DNA of 52,286 nt from Octopus bimaculoides (lineage: Eukaryota). A program made the position numbers and the translations under genes. The first letter of the stretch is position 1; each line of letters starts with the position of its first letter. Location of the stretch: the NCBI RefSeq assembly GCF_001194135.2, contig NC_068999.1, positions 31,073,734 to 31,126,019 on the forward strand. Reading direction: 5' to 3'. Below are positions 38,385-51,278 of the stretch, piece by piece. The notes beneath the pieces are model-generated. The model saw only the letters and a program-made list of their open reading frames with translations. It had not been told where the DNA came from and made no database searches.

Positions 38385-38770
38385 ATGTATATATGTGTGT
38401 GTATGTACAGCAAAGAATTTGGTGTACAGGTTGGGGTTCATCAAGGCTCAGTCCTTATTCTCCTCTTTTTCAACATTGTCCTTCAGGCCATAACAGAGGA
38501 ATTCAAGACTGGCAGCTTCTGGGAACTACTATATGTTGATGATCTTGCCTTCATAGCAGACTCCATATCAGATCTAGATGAAAAATTTCAGGTGCAGGAA
38601 CAAAACCTGGAATGTTAGAGCCTTAAGGTTAACTTATCAAAGTCTAAGGTCCCAGTAAGCAAGAAAAACCAACAGGACCCTACCCCACTCAGGTAGGTGG
38701 CCTGTTCGATTTGTAGGAAAGGTGTAAGCAGGGATTCCATACAGTGTACCCAGTGTAAGCTATGGACACA
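38385..38770 (+). mobile_element. RTE RT fragment
   Basis: EFGVQVGVHQGSVL..LQAITEEFKTG..WELLYVDDL, followed by the start of the Cys-rich motif. Confidence 0.85.
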
Positions 38771-38949
38771 CTCTCCCACTCACTCTCCCCTTCTGCTCTT
38801 CTCTCAGGTTGGGTAATCATGTACCTCCTTTACAACAGTGCACCTATTTCTGTCCTCATTTCTGTCTGTCTCTGTCTCTCTCCCTCTCTCTCCAGGTAAT
38901 CACGTACCTCCCTACAGTAAAATACCTGTTTTGTCTCACTATAACCTTT

Positions 38950-39350
38950 CATCATCTGTCACAAGATCTTCTCCTCTCAAAGGATCTGGGTCTTGCAAGT
39001 TACTTGGTGACCCTACCAGTGCTGATGCCACTTAAAAAGCATCCAGTCCACACTGTCAAGTGGTTAGTGTTTAGAAGGGCATCCAGCTGTAAAAACCATG
39101 TCAAACTGACCTCACCTGTGCTGGTGCCACATAAAAAGCACTCAGTCCACTCTGCCGGGTGGTTGGTGTTAGGAAGGGCATCAAGCGATGTAACCATGCC
39201 AAAACAGACACAGAAGTCTGGTGCAGGCTCCTACCTGGCCAGCCCCTGTCAAACTGTCCAACCCATGCCAGCATGGAAGGTGAACGTTAAATGATGATGA
39301 TGACGATGATAACGATGATGATGATGATGATGATAATGACGACGATGGTG
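38950..39350 (+). mobile_element. RTE 3' UTR and (GAT)n tail
   Basis: TTAGGAAGGGCATC motifs; CCATGCCAGCATGGAAGGTGAACGTTAAA(TGA)n. Confidence 0.75.
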
Positions 39351-40745
39351 ATGTGACTTCTGTCAGATACATCATAGATCTCCACTGAGACTAGTGACGG
39401 GATGGACGCTTGCGATTCAGATTAATGACAAAGTTTGTCTTGATTTGAATGAGCACATTCACAATAAGTCATAAAATCAACATTTTATTGAAGCCACAAC
39501 AAGAAACACTGCTGCCAGATTAATTAAGACAAAATTAATAATATATTTTTGATGTGATTAGCTTATTTTGGAATTTTTGACGGGTTTTTAAGTGAATTTG
39601 AACAATGATTGCTACTGACAGTTTAATAGAAAATTGAACATTGAAACCTGTTTTACTGACTCAAAAGACACTAGTAAAGGATGAGTGTGATCTATGGCGT
39701 CTAAACATGATCTAAATTATCTTATATTTGGCTTCATTGCTAATGCACTCTCTTTGGGCTGATCAGTTACATACCTTGGAAATTGCAACAACTAATAGCA
39801 TGGTTAGAATAAATTTAAATACTTTTTAAAGAGAATAGAGAGTTTCATGGAAGCTGAAACTCAGGAAAAAGCCCAGAGAGCACTGAGGTTTAATGTGAGG
39901 AGTTATGCCAATGAAGATTTTGGGGATGATGACCAGATCAATTATAAAAGGCAAAATTTTAAAGGATGGCTGAGTCCTGCTAAGTTGTTAGGTAGTGTAA
40001 TATGAGGGAAGTGTAATGTGAGGAACAAAATATGGTTCACCTACCTCTTGGTGTCAGCTGTCCAGCTGTGTTAAATCCAAGATGCACCTAAGCTATAACC
40101 TATTGCTAAAGCCCTTTCCCACTCACTTGTCTCCCTGACATCTGTTTCCTGTGGCTACCCAATGCAAAAGAGGACCATGCTGGTGCTACTTCCCTCACTT
40201 CCTCACTCCCACTTCTTTTTCCGATAAGGCCCCCTCAGCTGTTGATGTCACTGTGCTTTCCTTCCAGTTCACCTCATCCCCACAGGTAGAGAAGAGCAGT
40301 TTATATAAATTAGGTATGGAGGAACATTCTTCTGATTTCGTCCTTGTCACTAGATAAAAGTGCACACGAACAAAAAAATATCTGATTAGAAATTGTGATT
40401 GCATAACCTGAAACAAGTACTAAAGATACAGTCATTGCAAATGAAGAATATGAAAATCTGTCTAATGAAAAAAGTGAAGAATTGGATCAAAAAGATCTTC
40501 AAGAGAATGAAATATACTATAAAGAGGTTAATAACATTAATGCTGGTTTGAAAGATAGGATTGAAAAGCAGACACGAATAAAATGATGGAGTATAAAAAT
40601 GGATGGCAGTGAGGAAACTATGTTCAGACTTCCAAAGACAAAGGAAAATACTGTTATTGATGGAATGTAGCAGCAGAAGAGTAGAATGAAGATCCTATAT
40701 GAGTCCAATGGAATCATGTAGATCAGTGCAGAGAGTGTTGTATAA

Positions 40746-40921
40746 TGAAGCTTGATGATATTGGCTAATAAATAGAAAGACAAAGCAGTGTGAGATAAGA
40801 TATGTTCGTTTATTAGCAAAACATACACAGTAATGGCTTCTCACTGTAAGGGAACCAAATGTGTTGTTTTTAAACTAGAGAGTTCCCGTTATGGTAGGTG
40901 ACCAATGAAAAGGAGATAACA
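40746..40921 (-). repeat. 3' LTR of the Gypsy element
   Basis: 176 bp alignable to 44218-44393 with 13 substitutions (hand count). Begins TGTTATC on the minus strand directly after the PPT; the exact other edge is uncertain by a few bases. Confidence 0.9.
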
Positions 40922-40934
40922 CCCCCCTCCTTTC
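40922..40934 (-). other. Polypurine tract GAAAGGAGGGGGG
   Basis: Abuts the 3' LTR. Confidence 0.9.
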
Positions 40935-43900
40935 AGGTTATGAGTTCATAATGAGTTTCTTTGGTGGTCGAATTCTCTGACCACTCCTGGTGTACACTAC
41001 TGGCTTGGGATTTCCCGAGTTGGCAGGTGAGACATCCCTGTGTGCAGTGAACTGGGTCTCTGGTTGGTCAGCTTGTTCGGCGAGATGATCTGCTGAATTA
41101 TCATGGATGTATTCAGAAATGTGGTTGGGTATGGTTGGTAAGGTGGACAATTCTGTTGGGGTAGCTACCTGAGGAAACTTGGTTTTCTCACTTCGCTTGT
41201 GAAGATGGCTTCTGTTTCAATGAGTAATCCTGAATCTGCCTCGACAAGTACTGACCTTGGTGATAGAGTTTTCACCACTTTGGCTGGACTGGTTTTAGGT
41301 GTCTTCATCCAAACTGGCTGTTCTTCAGTAAAAGATGAACGCTCTGTAGCTCGATGGCGTTTGTTGAAATTGACTTTTTGTTTCAATTTGAGCCGAGAGT
41401 CTGCATTTTTGTGTTGCTCAACATTTTCTTGGCAGGATACATTTTTATAAAAAATTGTTGGAATGCGAGTCCTGAGTTTCCTATTCATCAACAACTCTGC
41501 TGGACTCTTGCCATGTTGTAGTGGAGTACTGCAATAATTAAGCATTGCAATATATGGATCACTTGCTTTTTTTAGAAGGTTTTTAACTGTCTGGGCTGCA
41601 TGTTCAGCCTCTCCATTTCCTTGTGGATAATGGGGACTACTGGTGTGAAAAATTCCAGAACTCCTTCGATATGAATTGAGGACCATTATCGGAAATGGCG
41701 ACCTCTGGTATACCATATCTAGCAAATATTGATTTGCAGTTGTCAATGATGCTGCCTGATATTGTTGTCTGTAGATGAGATATCTCTATCCATCTTGAAT
41801 AATAATCAATGACTAATAGATATCTGTGTCCTTTCAATTCAAACAAGTCCATTCTTAACTTTTGCCATAGATAGTCAGGTAACTTGGTAAGTTGTAGTGG
41901 TTCTGGTTTCCTTCTCAGATACTACACCCTCCTATTTTCTCAGCAATTTGCTTCGAAAGGCCTGGCCACCAAACATTGTCCCGGGCCAGTGCTTGGCATT
42001 TAATGATACCTTGGTGTCCTTCATGTAGACGATCCAAGATGTCTTTTTGGAGGCCAGCAGGGATGATGAGTCAGCTCTGATACAGTAAGAGTCCCTGATA
42101 AACTGTCAGGTACTGCCTTACAAACCAGTAGGGTCTCAGTTCCAGATCTTGTGTGGCTGCTTCAGGCCAGATGTCCATCTTGTAAAAGTTGATAACTTGA
42201 CCACAGATTTTATCAGTGCTTTGTTTCTGCCTGATTTCCTCCAGTCGTTTGTCACTCACAGAGATGTTTTCTATGACAGAATGGACAAACATGCTTGTCT
42301 CTGTCTCCTGCTGAAACTTTTGTTTTGTTTGTACGCTGCCAGGAGCCCTGGATAGAGTGTCTGCTGTAACGAGGTTTTTCCCTGCTGTGTGTGTGATTTT
42401 GTAGGTGAATCTCATTAGGCGCATGTGGAAACGCTGACTTCTTGGAGTCCCCATCGAGACGTTTAGTCTTTAGCAGTGGTAGTAGAGGCTTGAGATCTGT
42501 TTCTATCAAGAACTTTGGTAGTCCTATCAAGATGTCAGCAAACTTCTCACAACAGCACATGACTGCTAATGCTTCCTTCTCAATCTGGGCATATCTCTGC
42601 TCTGTCTCAGTGAGAGATCTTGATGCATAGAATACAAGTCTCCAGCTACCTCCATCCTTCTGAAGAAGCATCTGCTGAGACCTTTGTTGGCTTGTCAGCA
42701 CTATAATGCATCAGTACTGGTGTAGAGCTCAGTTTTTCCTTCAATGTCTGAAACACTGTTTCTTGAGGCTGGTCCCATATCCAAGTGGTTTCTCTTTTTA
42801 GTAGATCCCGGAGTGGTTTGGTCGTCTCTGCTAAATTCTCAGTGAATTTGCCAACATGATTTGCCATACTGAGCAACCTTCTTAGCTCAGACACATTTTG
42901 TGGTCTGGTCAATTCCTTTATTGCTTTTACTTTTTCAGGATCTACTCGGATTCCTTCTTTGAATATTATATGAACCAGAAATTTCACCTCACTAGTAGAG
43001 AATAAACTTTTCATTTTGTGTTACACCTGCTGCTTTCATTCTTTGTAGTACCTTTTGTACCCCATGGTTGTGCTCTTGTTGTGTTTTCCACTGACCAGGA
43101 CATCATCTATGTCACAAATGACCCCTGGTATTCCTTACACAATGTGCAACATTTCTCTCTGGCAAATTTCTGGTCTGGAGCTTATTCCAAAAGGTAACCG
43201 TAAATAACAGAATCGTCCATACGGTGTGATGAAAGTGGCAAGTTCCTGTGAATCTTCATGCCGAACTATTTGGTGAAAACTACTGTTACAGTCAAGTTTC
43301 ATGAACACTGTGGTTCCTTCAAGTTCAGCAAGAAGTTGATCAGTTGAAGAAAGTGGAAAATTTTCCCTTTTCACACTTTCGCTTAATTTAGTGTAGTCAA
43401 CACAAAGTCTGACCCTTCCATCTTTTTTCGGGACCACTACAATGGGAGCACATCAGTCTGTTGGGGACTTCACTGGACAGATAATTTTCTCTTTTTCTAA
43501 TTGCTTTAACTCTTGCTGGACTTTCTTCTTCATGGGAAGTGGTAGTTGTCAGGGAGCAGTGATTAAGAAAGGTTGAACTTTTTCATCCGAGTGAATTTTG
43601 TATACATGCCTCAATTTCCCTAGGCCTGTAATCACACTGGGGAAGACATTTTTTGCATTGGAAAGCTTCACTTTTTTATCACTTTTTGTCTGCTAAAAGT
43701 TTTTCTCTCAAAAGATCGTTTTTAACACCCACAACAACTTGATCCCTAATAAGTGTGTCCTTTAATTCTCCAAAGTTGCAGTTTTTTGCAAGTTGGCACA
43801 AGACAGCTATGTAGGCTTCTATGGTCTCGAACTCACCAATGGAAAATTCCTCGAATTTGTTAATCACTTCAGATAGATCATTTTTCTTTTCTTCATCATC

Positions 43901-44195
43901 AAATTGTAGTCCTTCATATATATCAAAACATTCTTCTCCAATTGTTGCCAGGAATACAGAAGTTTGGTATCCAGTATCAACTTCATTTGAGAGTTGACTG
44001 GCAATTGAATAATTCAAAAAGTTTCATTTAAATCTTTTCCAATTGCTAGCCACATTTCCTAATAAAGACATTCACTCTGGAGGTGGGACACTTGCAGAAA
44101 AAGGCCTTGCAGACATTCTCCGAATCAACTGAAAAAAATAAACTTACAATTCTGTAAAGAATTCTTTTTCTTTTTTTTTTTTCAAATCCTTTGGG

Positions 44196-44213
44196 ATCCC
44201 ACTTCTGACACCA
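44196..44213 (-). other. Primer-binding site TGGTGTCAGAAGTGGGAT (tRNA-Leu CAA type)
   Basis: 18-nt complement of the tRNA-Leu 3' end ATCCCACTTCTGACA-CCA, next to the 5' LTR. Confidence 0.85.
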
Positions 44214-44217
44214 TATT

Positions 44218-44393
44218 TGAAGCCTGACGATATTGGTTAATAAATAGAAAGACAAAGCAGTGTGAGATAAGATATGTTCATTTATTAGCAAAGCATACAC
44301 AGTAATGGCTTCTCAGTATAAGGGACCAAAATGTGTTGTTTTTAAACTAGAGAGTTCCCATTATAGTAGGTGACCAATGAAAGGGAGAAAACA
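44218..44393 (-). repeat. 5' LTR of the Gypsy element
   Basis: Pairs with 40746-40921; followed on the minus strand by the PBS. Confidence 0.9.
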
Positions 44394-44769
44394 CCACAGA
44401 GAAGTGACTTCAGAATCTGTTGAAATAGCTGAGTAGGAACATCTAATTTTAATCACTGCTTGGAAAAAATGAGTAAAGGAAGTAATTGATGTTAAACATG
44501 AAGCAACAGCATATATGCAAACTAATATGTGAAAAATCATGATGTATATGAGTGTGTGCCCTTTGCAGGTCAGAAAACTGCATCAAGATACATGATTACT
44601 GGAAAACACAACCTCTTGCAAGATATGTCAACCTGAATTTTCTAGTTTTAACTTCATAAGCAATGTTAATGTCTGATTTACACCCCACTCCCCCAATGAT
44701 GTCATTTTACATATAACAAGTATTTAAGAGGGTAGCTGAAAACATACTAGGTGCTTTGCAAAGATTAAA

Positions 44770-45930
44770 CATTGACAGATGCAGACCAAAGAAAGCTTTA
44801 CAGATCTCTGACTGCCAACAATCATCCTATCACTGTCACTTCCAACATTTTAAAAGCAACAAAGACAACCATTAACAACTATCTCCTACATCTTGAATCT
44901 CTCTCCCTCCTTAATAAACACCACTTTGGGCTTTGTTTACCAAGATCAATTGGTCAGCAAGTGTCTTACATGACTGACCACTGGGCCATTGTGTCCCAAA
45001 AATTTAGTGAAAATAGTTTGTACACTTTATAACAACATAGCATTTGACAGTGTTTGACATAAAAATCTCATAGCAAAACTATTTGCCAATGAACTCCAAT
45101 TTCTTATTTCTTGAAATGTCTCTTATGAGACCACACAATCATGGTGTGTACTGAGGGAGCTCTCTCTCTCTCTCTCTCTCTCTCTGATGCACATATTTTA
45201 ACAACTGTGGCATGACCCAAAGCACTGTTTTACTCCCATATTTCTTTCATCCATATATCAACGACTGACTTGCACTGAACCTATACTGATTTTATAGACA
45301 CAGACCTTAACCATTTTCTCCAATAGAATCATGTCAATCTTGCCTCCCTTTTAACAGCAAAAAGACACAAATATTACACATATGAAGGAATTTCAATCAT
45401 ACCCCATCACCCAAACATGAACAGCACACAGCTAGAGCCGTCAAGGACACTAAAATGCTAGGCTTCACTAACACTGAATATCTCTCCTGGTGATCCTCAG
45501 CTTAGTGATGATTGCATTACAAAGACGTGTCCTTCCTCTTTAGTACAGAAAGTACTTCAGTCTCTAACATCAACTAACACTCTATATAGGGCTTAGATGA
45601 GAGCAGTAATTGAACACTTCTCCACTCACCCATCTGGAATCATGCTCCTGCTACATACAGACATCCAAGACTCCATTCAGAGAAAGGCCACTTAACTCAT
45701 TTGTGTGTAGTCACTCACAAACAAACTTTAGCACTGGCCCATGAATATGCAGTCTTTTGTCTTTTATACCTCTATGACAGTGGCCTCTACTCCTCAAATA
45801 TGGTAGGTTTCAAGTTTAACACACACAGAGTTGAAGAAGGACTAAGACAGGTAGGAAGAACAAAAAATTTCAGTGCTGAAACACTTAATTCCAGTGTTTT
45901 TAAGATAATTCCAATTTAAGAATTCTATTG
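44770..45930 (+). mobile_element. Decayed CR1/Jockey-group LINE RT region
   Basis: Remnants HPITVTSNILK..TINNYLL.LES.SLL..HHFG, AFDSV*HKNLIAKL, a G.TQSTVL.P.F..INDL-like stretch and RKYFS..TLY..RAVIEH. Many stops. Confidence 0.62.
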
Positions 45931-46702
45931 TGCTTTTTTTCCATGCCTAGCAATCTTTTCAATACATGCATTATAGCAGAATGTAGTGATGCCATCTATC
46001 TCTCCACTTCAAGCTAAATACTATTGCATTTTTTAAACTTAGACTTTGTTTATTTCAATTCTACAAAGATTGTGACACCTTAATATATTTCATTTATGCA
46101 ACTGACACATCTGATTTCCCTTTGTCTTTAAATAAGTTATTTTACTGTCTCTGTTTTCTAAAGACGAAATAGAAAGAAAATTCTTTTATAGTAGAATTTA
46201 GCAAAAACAATAACATGCATTATTAACTCACTGATTAACTTTAGGTTGTTTTATTTTAGTTAGGATCAAAATCTTAATAGCATCTTTACTAAAAGCACTG
46301 AACAGAATTATTTCAGTGACAATTTTCAATTTGATTCTCAAATCTTGTTGACTCTCTCAGACTGTCTTCATGATAATTATCTTCATGATTATTGACTTAA
46401 TTGAAATTGACTTCATGGCAAAAATTATTGGTAAATGTCTTAAAAAATCTCAAGTACCTAAAATCAGGTACTTCACTTGAAATTCACTTGCGTTAAATGG
46501 AAAAGTAATAACTTTTTCACTTTGGATATGACACTGGTTTATCACAGATAACATTACCAGAAGATCTGGTTTTTATTCTCAATAAGGAAAAAGAATCAAG
46601 GTATGAAGACCCATCACTGTAAAACACCTCTAACAAATATAAAGTTAAAACTGATACAACTATTCCATTTGTTTTGCTCTGCTCTATCATAACAACACAC
46701 AT

Positions 46703-48235
46703 AAAACGGGTCTACCAAAAAGAATGCAAAAGTGGGCATAACTTTTTTATTTATTGAAATACACTGTTCAAATTGCATATATTGGTAGAATAACACTTCA
46801 TCTATAGAAGGCTACTACTCAACAGTCTCCATCACAAGCAATGCATTGGCACCATCGTTGGACCTAACTTTTAAATCAATTTGAAAAATTTCAGCTGTGC
46901 ACTATTGTATCCACTTCTTCACCAGCACTTCCGCCTCTTCTGTGTCATCAATTTTGTTTCCTTAAAGACTTTCTTTCATTGGATTGAACAGGTATAAGCT
47001 GGAGGGTAATGAATCTGGGCTGTATGGTGGATGGGGTTCCACTAATCAGCCCAATTTGCTGATTGCCTGATTTGTTACCTAAAATGTGTGTTGTAACACA
47101 TTGGTATGGTAAATATGGATCATTTTCAGACTCTTGTTTGATCTCTTCCACATAATAATTTCTGTAAGCTGTTTTAGTACAGTAGAACCTCGTAATATGA
47201 GTAATTTGCTGTATGAGCTGAGAATCATGTGAATTTTTGTCTTCAAGTACGAGCAGAAATCTGCAGTACAAGCACACAAATCATCCCATCTTTAAGGTAA
47301 TTCAGTAAATAAAACCAGTTTACATATTTCTTTTGCACTCTCTTTTTTATAATTGTCATTTTACTTGTAACTACACCTTTTCTGTTTTAAAACCTATAAA
47401 AAATTATTTTTGAGTGGGTTTTGTTGGGGCTGGAACAGATTAATTATATTTTAGTTAATTTCAAAGGGGAAAATTGATTTGTAAAATGAGTAAATCATAA
47501 GATGAGTTCAGTCATGGAACGACTTAAACTCATACTGCGAGGTATCATTGTAATTCAATGTACTGACTGCTGTTCACCATAGAACATATCAAAATCAAGG
47601 GAAACAACACCTTTGTAATCAAAAGAGAAAAAAAATCACCATGACTTTCTGTACTGATTTTTTAACTTCTCAGCTTTTAGAGAAGCTGAGTCCTCATAAT
47701 GCCCATGTACACTTCTCTCCTTCAAATTGTTAACTGCCAAGGTACCTACTTTGCATACATTTTCCAATACCCAAAGTCCTTCACCATCTTTTGTAATGCA
47801 TTGGAACCACAGTCCAGTTGTGCAACAAGCTCACAAATTGTGACTCATCAGTTTGTATGATTCAGTTCATTCATTTACTGGTAATTTATGTCAGTGGTTG
47901 CACTTGATGGTCTCTTACTGCATGGTTTGTCTCCAATGTTGGTTTCCTGTTCATTAAACTTTATTCATCTATGCATTATTGCTCTTGTCAATGATGTAAT
48001 GTCCATAAACAACCCATACTGTTCTGTGAATGTCAGGCAGCAATGCACCTTCTTTCATCGACAACTTTATGATGACATGTTGTTTCTGCTTGGAACTCAT
48101 TATTTGCCTGAAATGAAAAAGAAGAGTTGTTGTAGAAGTACAGTTACTCTACCAACATATGCAATTTGAACAACTTACATCAGGTAATGAAAAGTTATGC
48201 CCACTTTGACATTACTTTTGATACAACCCTCATAT
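46703..48235 (-). mobile_element. Decayed mariner with long (about 95 bp) terminal inverted repeats, interrupted by a Tigger-like MITE
   Basis: N-terminus MSSKQKQHVIIK..IGDKPCSKRPSS..K*VPWQL at about 48110-47730; C-terminus HPPYSPDSLPSSLYLFNPMKESL at about 47035-46965. The ends share AAAGTGGGCATAACTTTT..TTCAAATTGCATAT.TTGGTAGA.TAAC in inverted orientation. Confidence 0.82.
47180..47550. mobile_element. Tigger/pogo-type MITE
   Basis: TA|CAGTAGAACCTCGTAATATGAGT ... revcomp CAATGATACCTCGCAGTATGAGT|TA (17 of 23 match); TA at 47178-79 and 47551-52. Confidence 0.78.
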
Positions 48236-48452
48236 TTCTACATGAGCCATTCCCAGATAGTTCAAACGGCTTAATTGAGATAAACTAAAGGAATTGTAGT
48301 CCTGGTTCAATCCCAGGTTTCAGTATTTTGATAAAGTTTTTTTTTGTTGTTCTTGCAATTATTACTAATTGAAATCTTTATAATTTGACTTATTTAGTGA
48401 AGAAGGGTGATAGAAGGGGAGGGTTATTTTTAGTTATCCACACACACACACA

Positions 48453-48484
<32 letters not shown>

Positions 48485-48576
48485 TTTTCATGTTTCAGAC
48501 CCAAGGCTGTGGCCATACTGGGGCATCAATAGTGAATACATACATATGTATATACACACACACACACACACGCACA

Positions 48577-48656
<80 letters not shown>

Positions 48657-48750
48657 CATATATATACAAGATAAAACTTTTTTCAAAAAATTTCATCAAG
48701 TGGCCAGCATATTAAAATACCTTTTAAGGTGAAAATTATAAACAATTCTC

Positions 48751-48876
48751 AAAAGAAAAAGTTTCTATGCCAGTATGCTGAGAAATAGACTTTAAATCGT
48801 CAGCCACCACCTGCATGTGGTGATTGACGATTTAAAGTTTGTTTCTCAGCATACTGGCATAGAATTTTCTTCTTTT
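48751..48876. repeat. Near-perfect 126-bp foldback hairpin
   Basis: 39-bp core TCTATGCCAGTATGCTGAGAAATAGACTTTAAATCGTCA matches the reverse complement of the right arm with 2 mismatches; loop about 6 nt. Confidence 0.9.
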
Positions 48877-49444
48877 GCCCTTATTCATAATTGTTTATAT
48901 ATATACATATATATTTGAGTTTCTTTCTTTCCTTCTGATCAGCTACAGGGATCAGGCGCATTCTTGTCTGTCTCCTGCCAAAACTTGTTCCTCCAGCGTT
49001 CACCACCTTACCTCGTTTAGGTCTAACAGCCCTTTCAGTTTGTTTTCACTGTCCTGTTTTTGTAACCAACTTTGACCCTCTGCAAAATCCCAAATTTTGT
49101 TTAATTTGCTTTGTGGGAGCAATTGTTTTGTTGAAGGCATATCTTGTCGTGAATTGCTAGAAATATAGAGTAGAAAAACAGCCGACAACTGATGAAGGGT
49201 CGTTCTTTATGTTACTTGTCTTGCTTTCCATTTGTTTATTTCATTGTTTGCAAAAAAAGTTCGTATTCCATGTTTTTATATTTCGTATTTCATGCTGTTT
49301 ATGTTCTATGACGTTCTGTACCCACATATGCATATTTATATACATATATATGTAAGTACGTACATATATGTATATATGCATATATATATATATTATTTAT
49401 ATTATTATATGATTGAACGCCATGCATCTATTTCCAAGCAAGTA

Positions 49445-49491
<47 letters not shown>

Positions 49492-49835
49492 CATACATAC
49501 ATACAATATTGAGGATTCAAAGGAATCAGTTACTTAAATGATAGGCACCAGGTTGGGCTGAATTAACTTGTAAACAGCACCAAGGTGTTGAAGTACACCC
49601 AGTGAAAAATTCAGGTTATGTATACAAAGAATTAACCCTTATGAGTATTTTTATAGTCTATGGGCTAATCAAAAACTGTACATCATATTGGTCGTATGTT
49701 GTTTGGTATACACCAGAATATTCAAAGAGTTGGGATTCCAGTGAGGTGTATTATGAACAAATAAATAAATAATAAACAATGGTTATGCATCACTTCATTA
49801 CAGTTGTTTCCAATGGATTTCTTTAAAAGATTAAT

Positions 49836-50014
49836 GAGGTGTGGCTGTGTGGTGAGAAGCTTGCTTTCCAACCACATGGTTTTGGGTTCAGTCCCACTGC
49901 ATGGCACTTTGGGCAAGTGTCTTCTACTATAGCCTTGGACTGACCAAAGCCTTGTGAGTGGATTTGGTAGACAGAAACTGAAACAAGCCTGTTGTATATA
50001 TTTGTATGTGTGCT

Positions 50015-50045
<31 letters not shown>

Positions 50046-50275
50046 ATCTATGTGTATGTCTCTGTGTCTGCATTTGTCCCCACCCCACATCACTGCTTGA
50101 CAACCAGTGTTGGTGTATTTATGTCCCCATAACTTAGTAGCTCGGCAAAAGAGATGGATAGAATAAGTAGTAGACTTAACAAATAAATCCTGGATTTGAT
50201 TTGTTCAATTAAAAAAGCCATCAATGTGGTGCTGCAGCGTGGCCACAGTCAAATGACTAGAACAAATAAAAGAAT
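49836..50275 (+). mobile_element. Full-length tRNA-derived SINE with internal (GT)n
   Basis: A-box-like TGGCTGTGTGG, B-box-like GGGTTCAGTCCC, CTTTGGGCAAGTGTCTT core, and a tail shared with 21.3, 25.7 and 26.0 kb copies. Confidence 0.82.
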
Positions 50276-50624
50276 GCTACATCGTAACTAAAAAAATCAC
50301 TTTCATCAGATGATACGTAACATTTCAAAACAACATAAGAACAACACTTTACCACAGTGGGCCAGTCAAACTTGATTCCAGCAGAGGCTGGCTTGGAAAG
50401 AGAGAAACAGCAAAGCTAAGATGACCTTAAGAAGTCTGTTAGTGAGTAGGGCATTCAAAAGATTTATAGCTTCAGGGCAGTTAGCGAGCATGCTAGGGGC
50501 AGTTAGTGAGTATGTTATATCGATATAGATATAGATAATATAGAGAATATTGATATAGATATAGATATTTTCATAACTTATATAATCTCACCTACACCAT
50601 TTAGGTGATATTTTCTCCTACTCT

Positions 50625-50930
50625 CATTATTGTCAGCATCTGCTCAAGTTATAACCCTGAACTACTTAAGTTCCTTCTCTATCTTCCTGCATCAGCCATG
50701 ACTACGATCTCACTTGGCTCAGCAGTTCTTCTCAAGCATGGTATATTGCCAAAGTCTCGGTCACCTGTGACTGCCTCTGTGAGGCTCAACGCTTGAATGG
50801 TGCTTTTTGCATGCCACCAGTCACACGGCACTGGCATCAGCTATGACTGTGATTTCACTTGGCTTGACAAGTCTTCTCAAGCACAGCATATTGCCCAACG
50901 TTCAAAGGGTGCTTGTTACGTGCCAGTTAA
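50625..50930 (-). mobile_element. RTE C-terminal/3' UTR fragment
   Basis: Reverse complement of the GCTTGAGAAGAC..CAAGTGAG..GAGACCTTTGG..ATATG segment seen at 1820-1880 and 20900-20960; partly duplicated. Confidence 0.6.
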
Positions 50931-51278
50931 GTGACCTCAGTGCTTAATCATTATCATAACAAAATTATTAGAAAGCTATACAACTACACTAGAATACAAT
51001 TAAAATAAACAAATTAATATCTAAATTGATTAGTACACTTTTAAAAGTGAAATTTGTTAGCTTCAACATGTATTTACAGTGAGATTGGATATCTGGCTCA
51101 CTAAGGGCCTCATAAGTGCTTTGCTTTCAATGTATATTTATTTCTTGAAGGCCATACTAAAAGAATTGTTTTCCTTTAGAACACCCTGAATAGCTTTCAA
51201 CTATCTACACATATTTTTGTCTATTTTTATTTCAGTTACAATTCAGTTCAGCAGAAATGCTATTTCAACCTCACTTAC

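Larger units (their letters stand above)
40746..44393 (-). mobile_element. Ty3/Gypsy LTR retrotransposon (Mag-like), internally deleted and degenerate
   Basis: Paired LTRs, PBS and PPT; gag remnant (LKDTLIRDQVVVGV), RT (VPKKDGRVRLCVDY, LPFGISS, DIDDVLV), RNase H (DASS, YAQIEKEAL, ETD.KPL), integrase (HEGHQGI..C, MDLF, SDNGPQF, PQGNGEAE). No TSD recovered. Confidence 0.95.
39400..44610 (+). mobile_element. Highly decayed Copia-type LTR element remnant (integrase C-terminal region, then RT start), interrupted by the Gypsy insertion
   Basis: FMEAETQEKAQRALRFNVRSY..FGDDDQINYKR..GWLSPAKLLG at about 39844-40000 and KNHDVYECVPFAGQKTASRYMITGK at about 44532-44606. IN-before-RT order fits Ty1/copia; no LTRs seen. 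Confidence 0.55.

Noticed and set aside
46517-46702. FYSDGSSY, resembling an RNase H motif
   Set aside because: Isolated match beside the mariner TIR with no other RNase H residues.
49160-49215. GAAA...TA followed by CTGATGAAGGG
   Set aside because: No complementary stems I or II in any topology.
50290-50335. Minus-strand GAAA-TGTTACG-TA-TCAT-CTGATGA
   Set aside because: Only 4 nt are available for stem I and stem II does not pair; probably chance.
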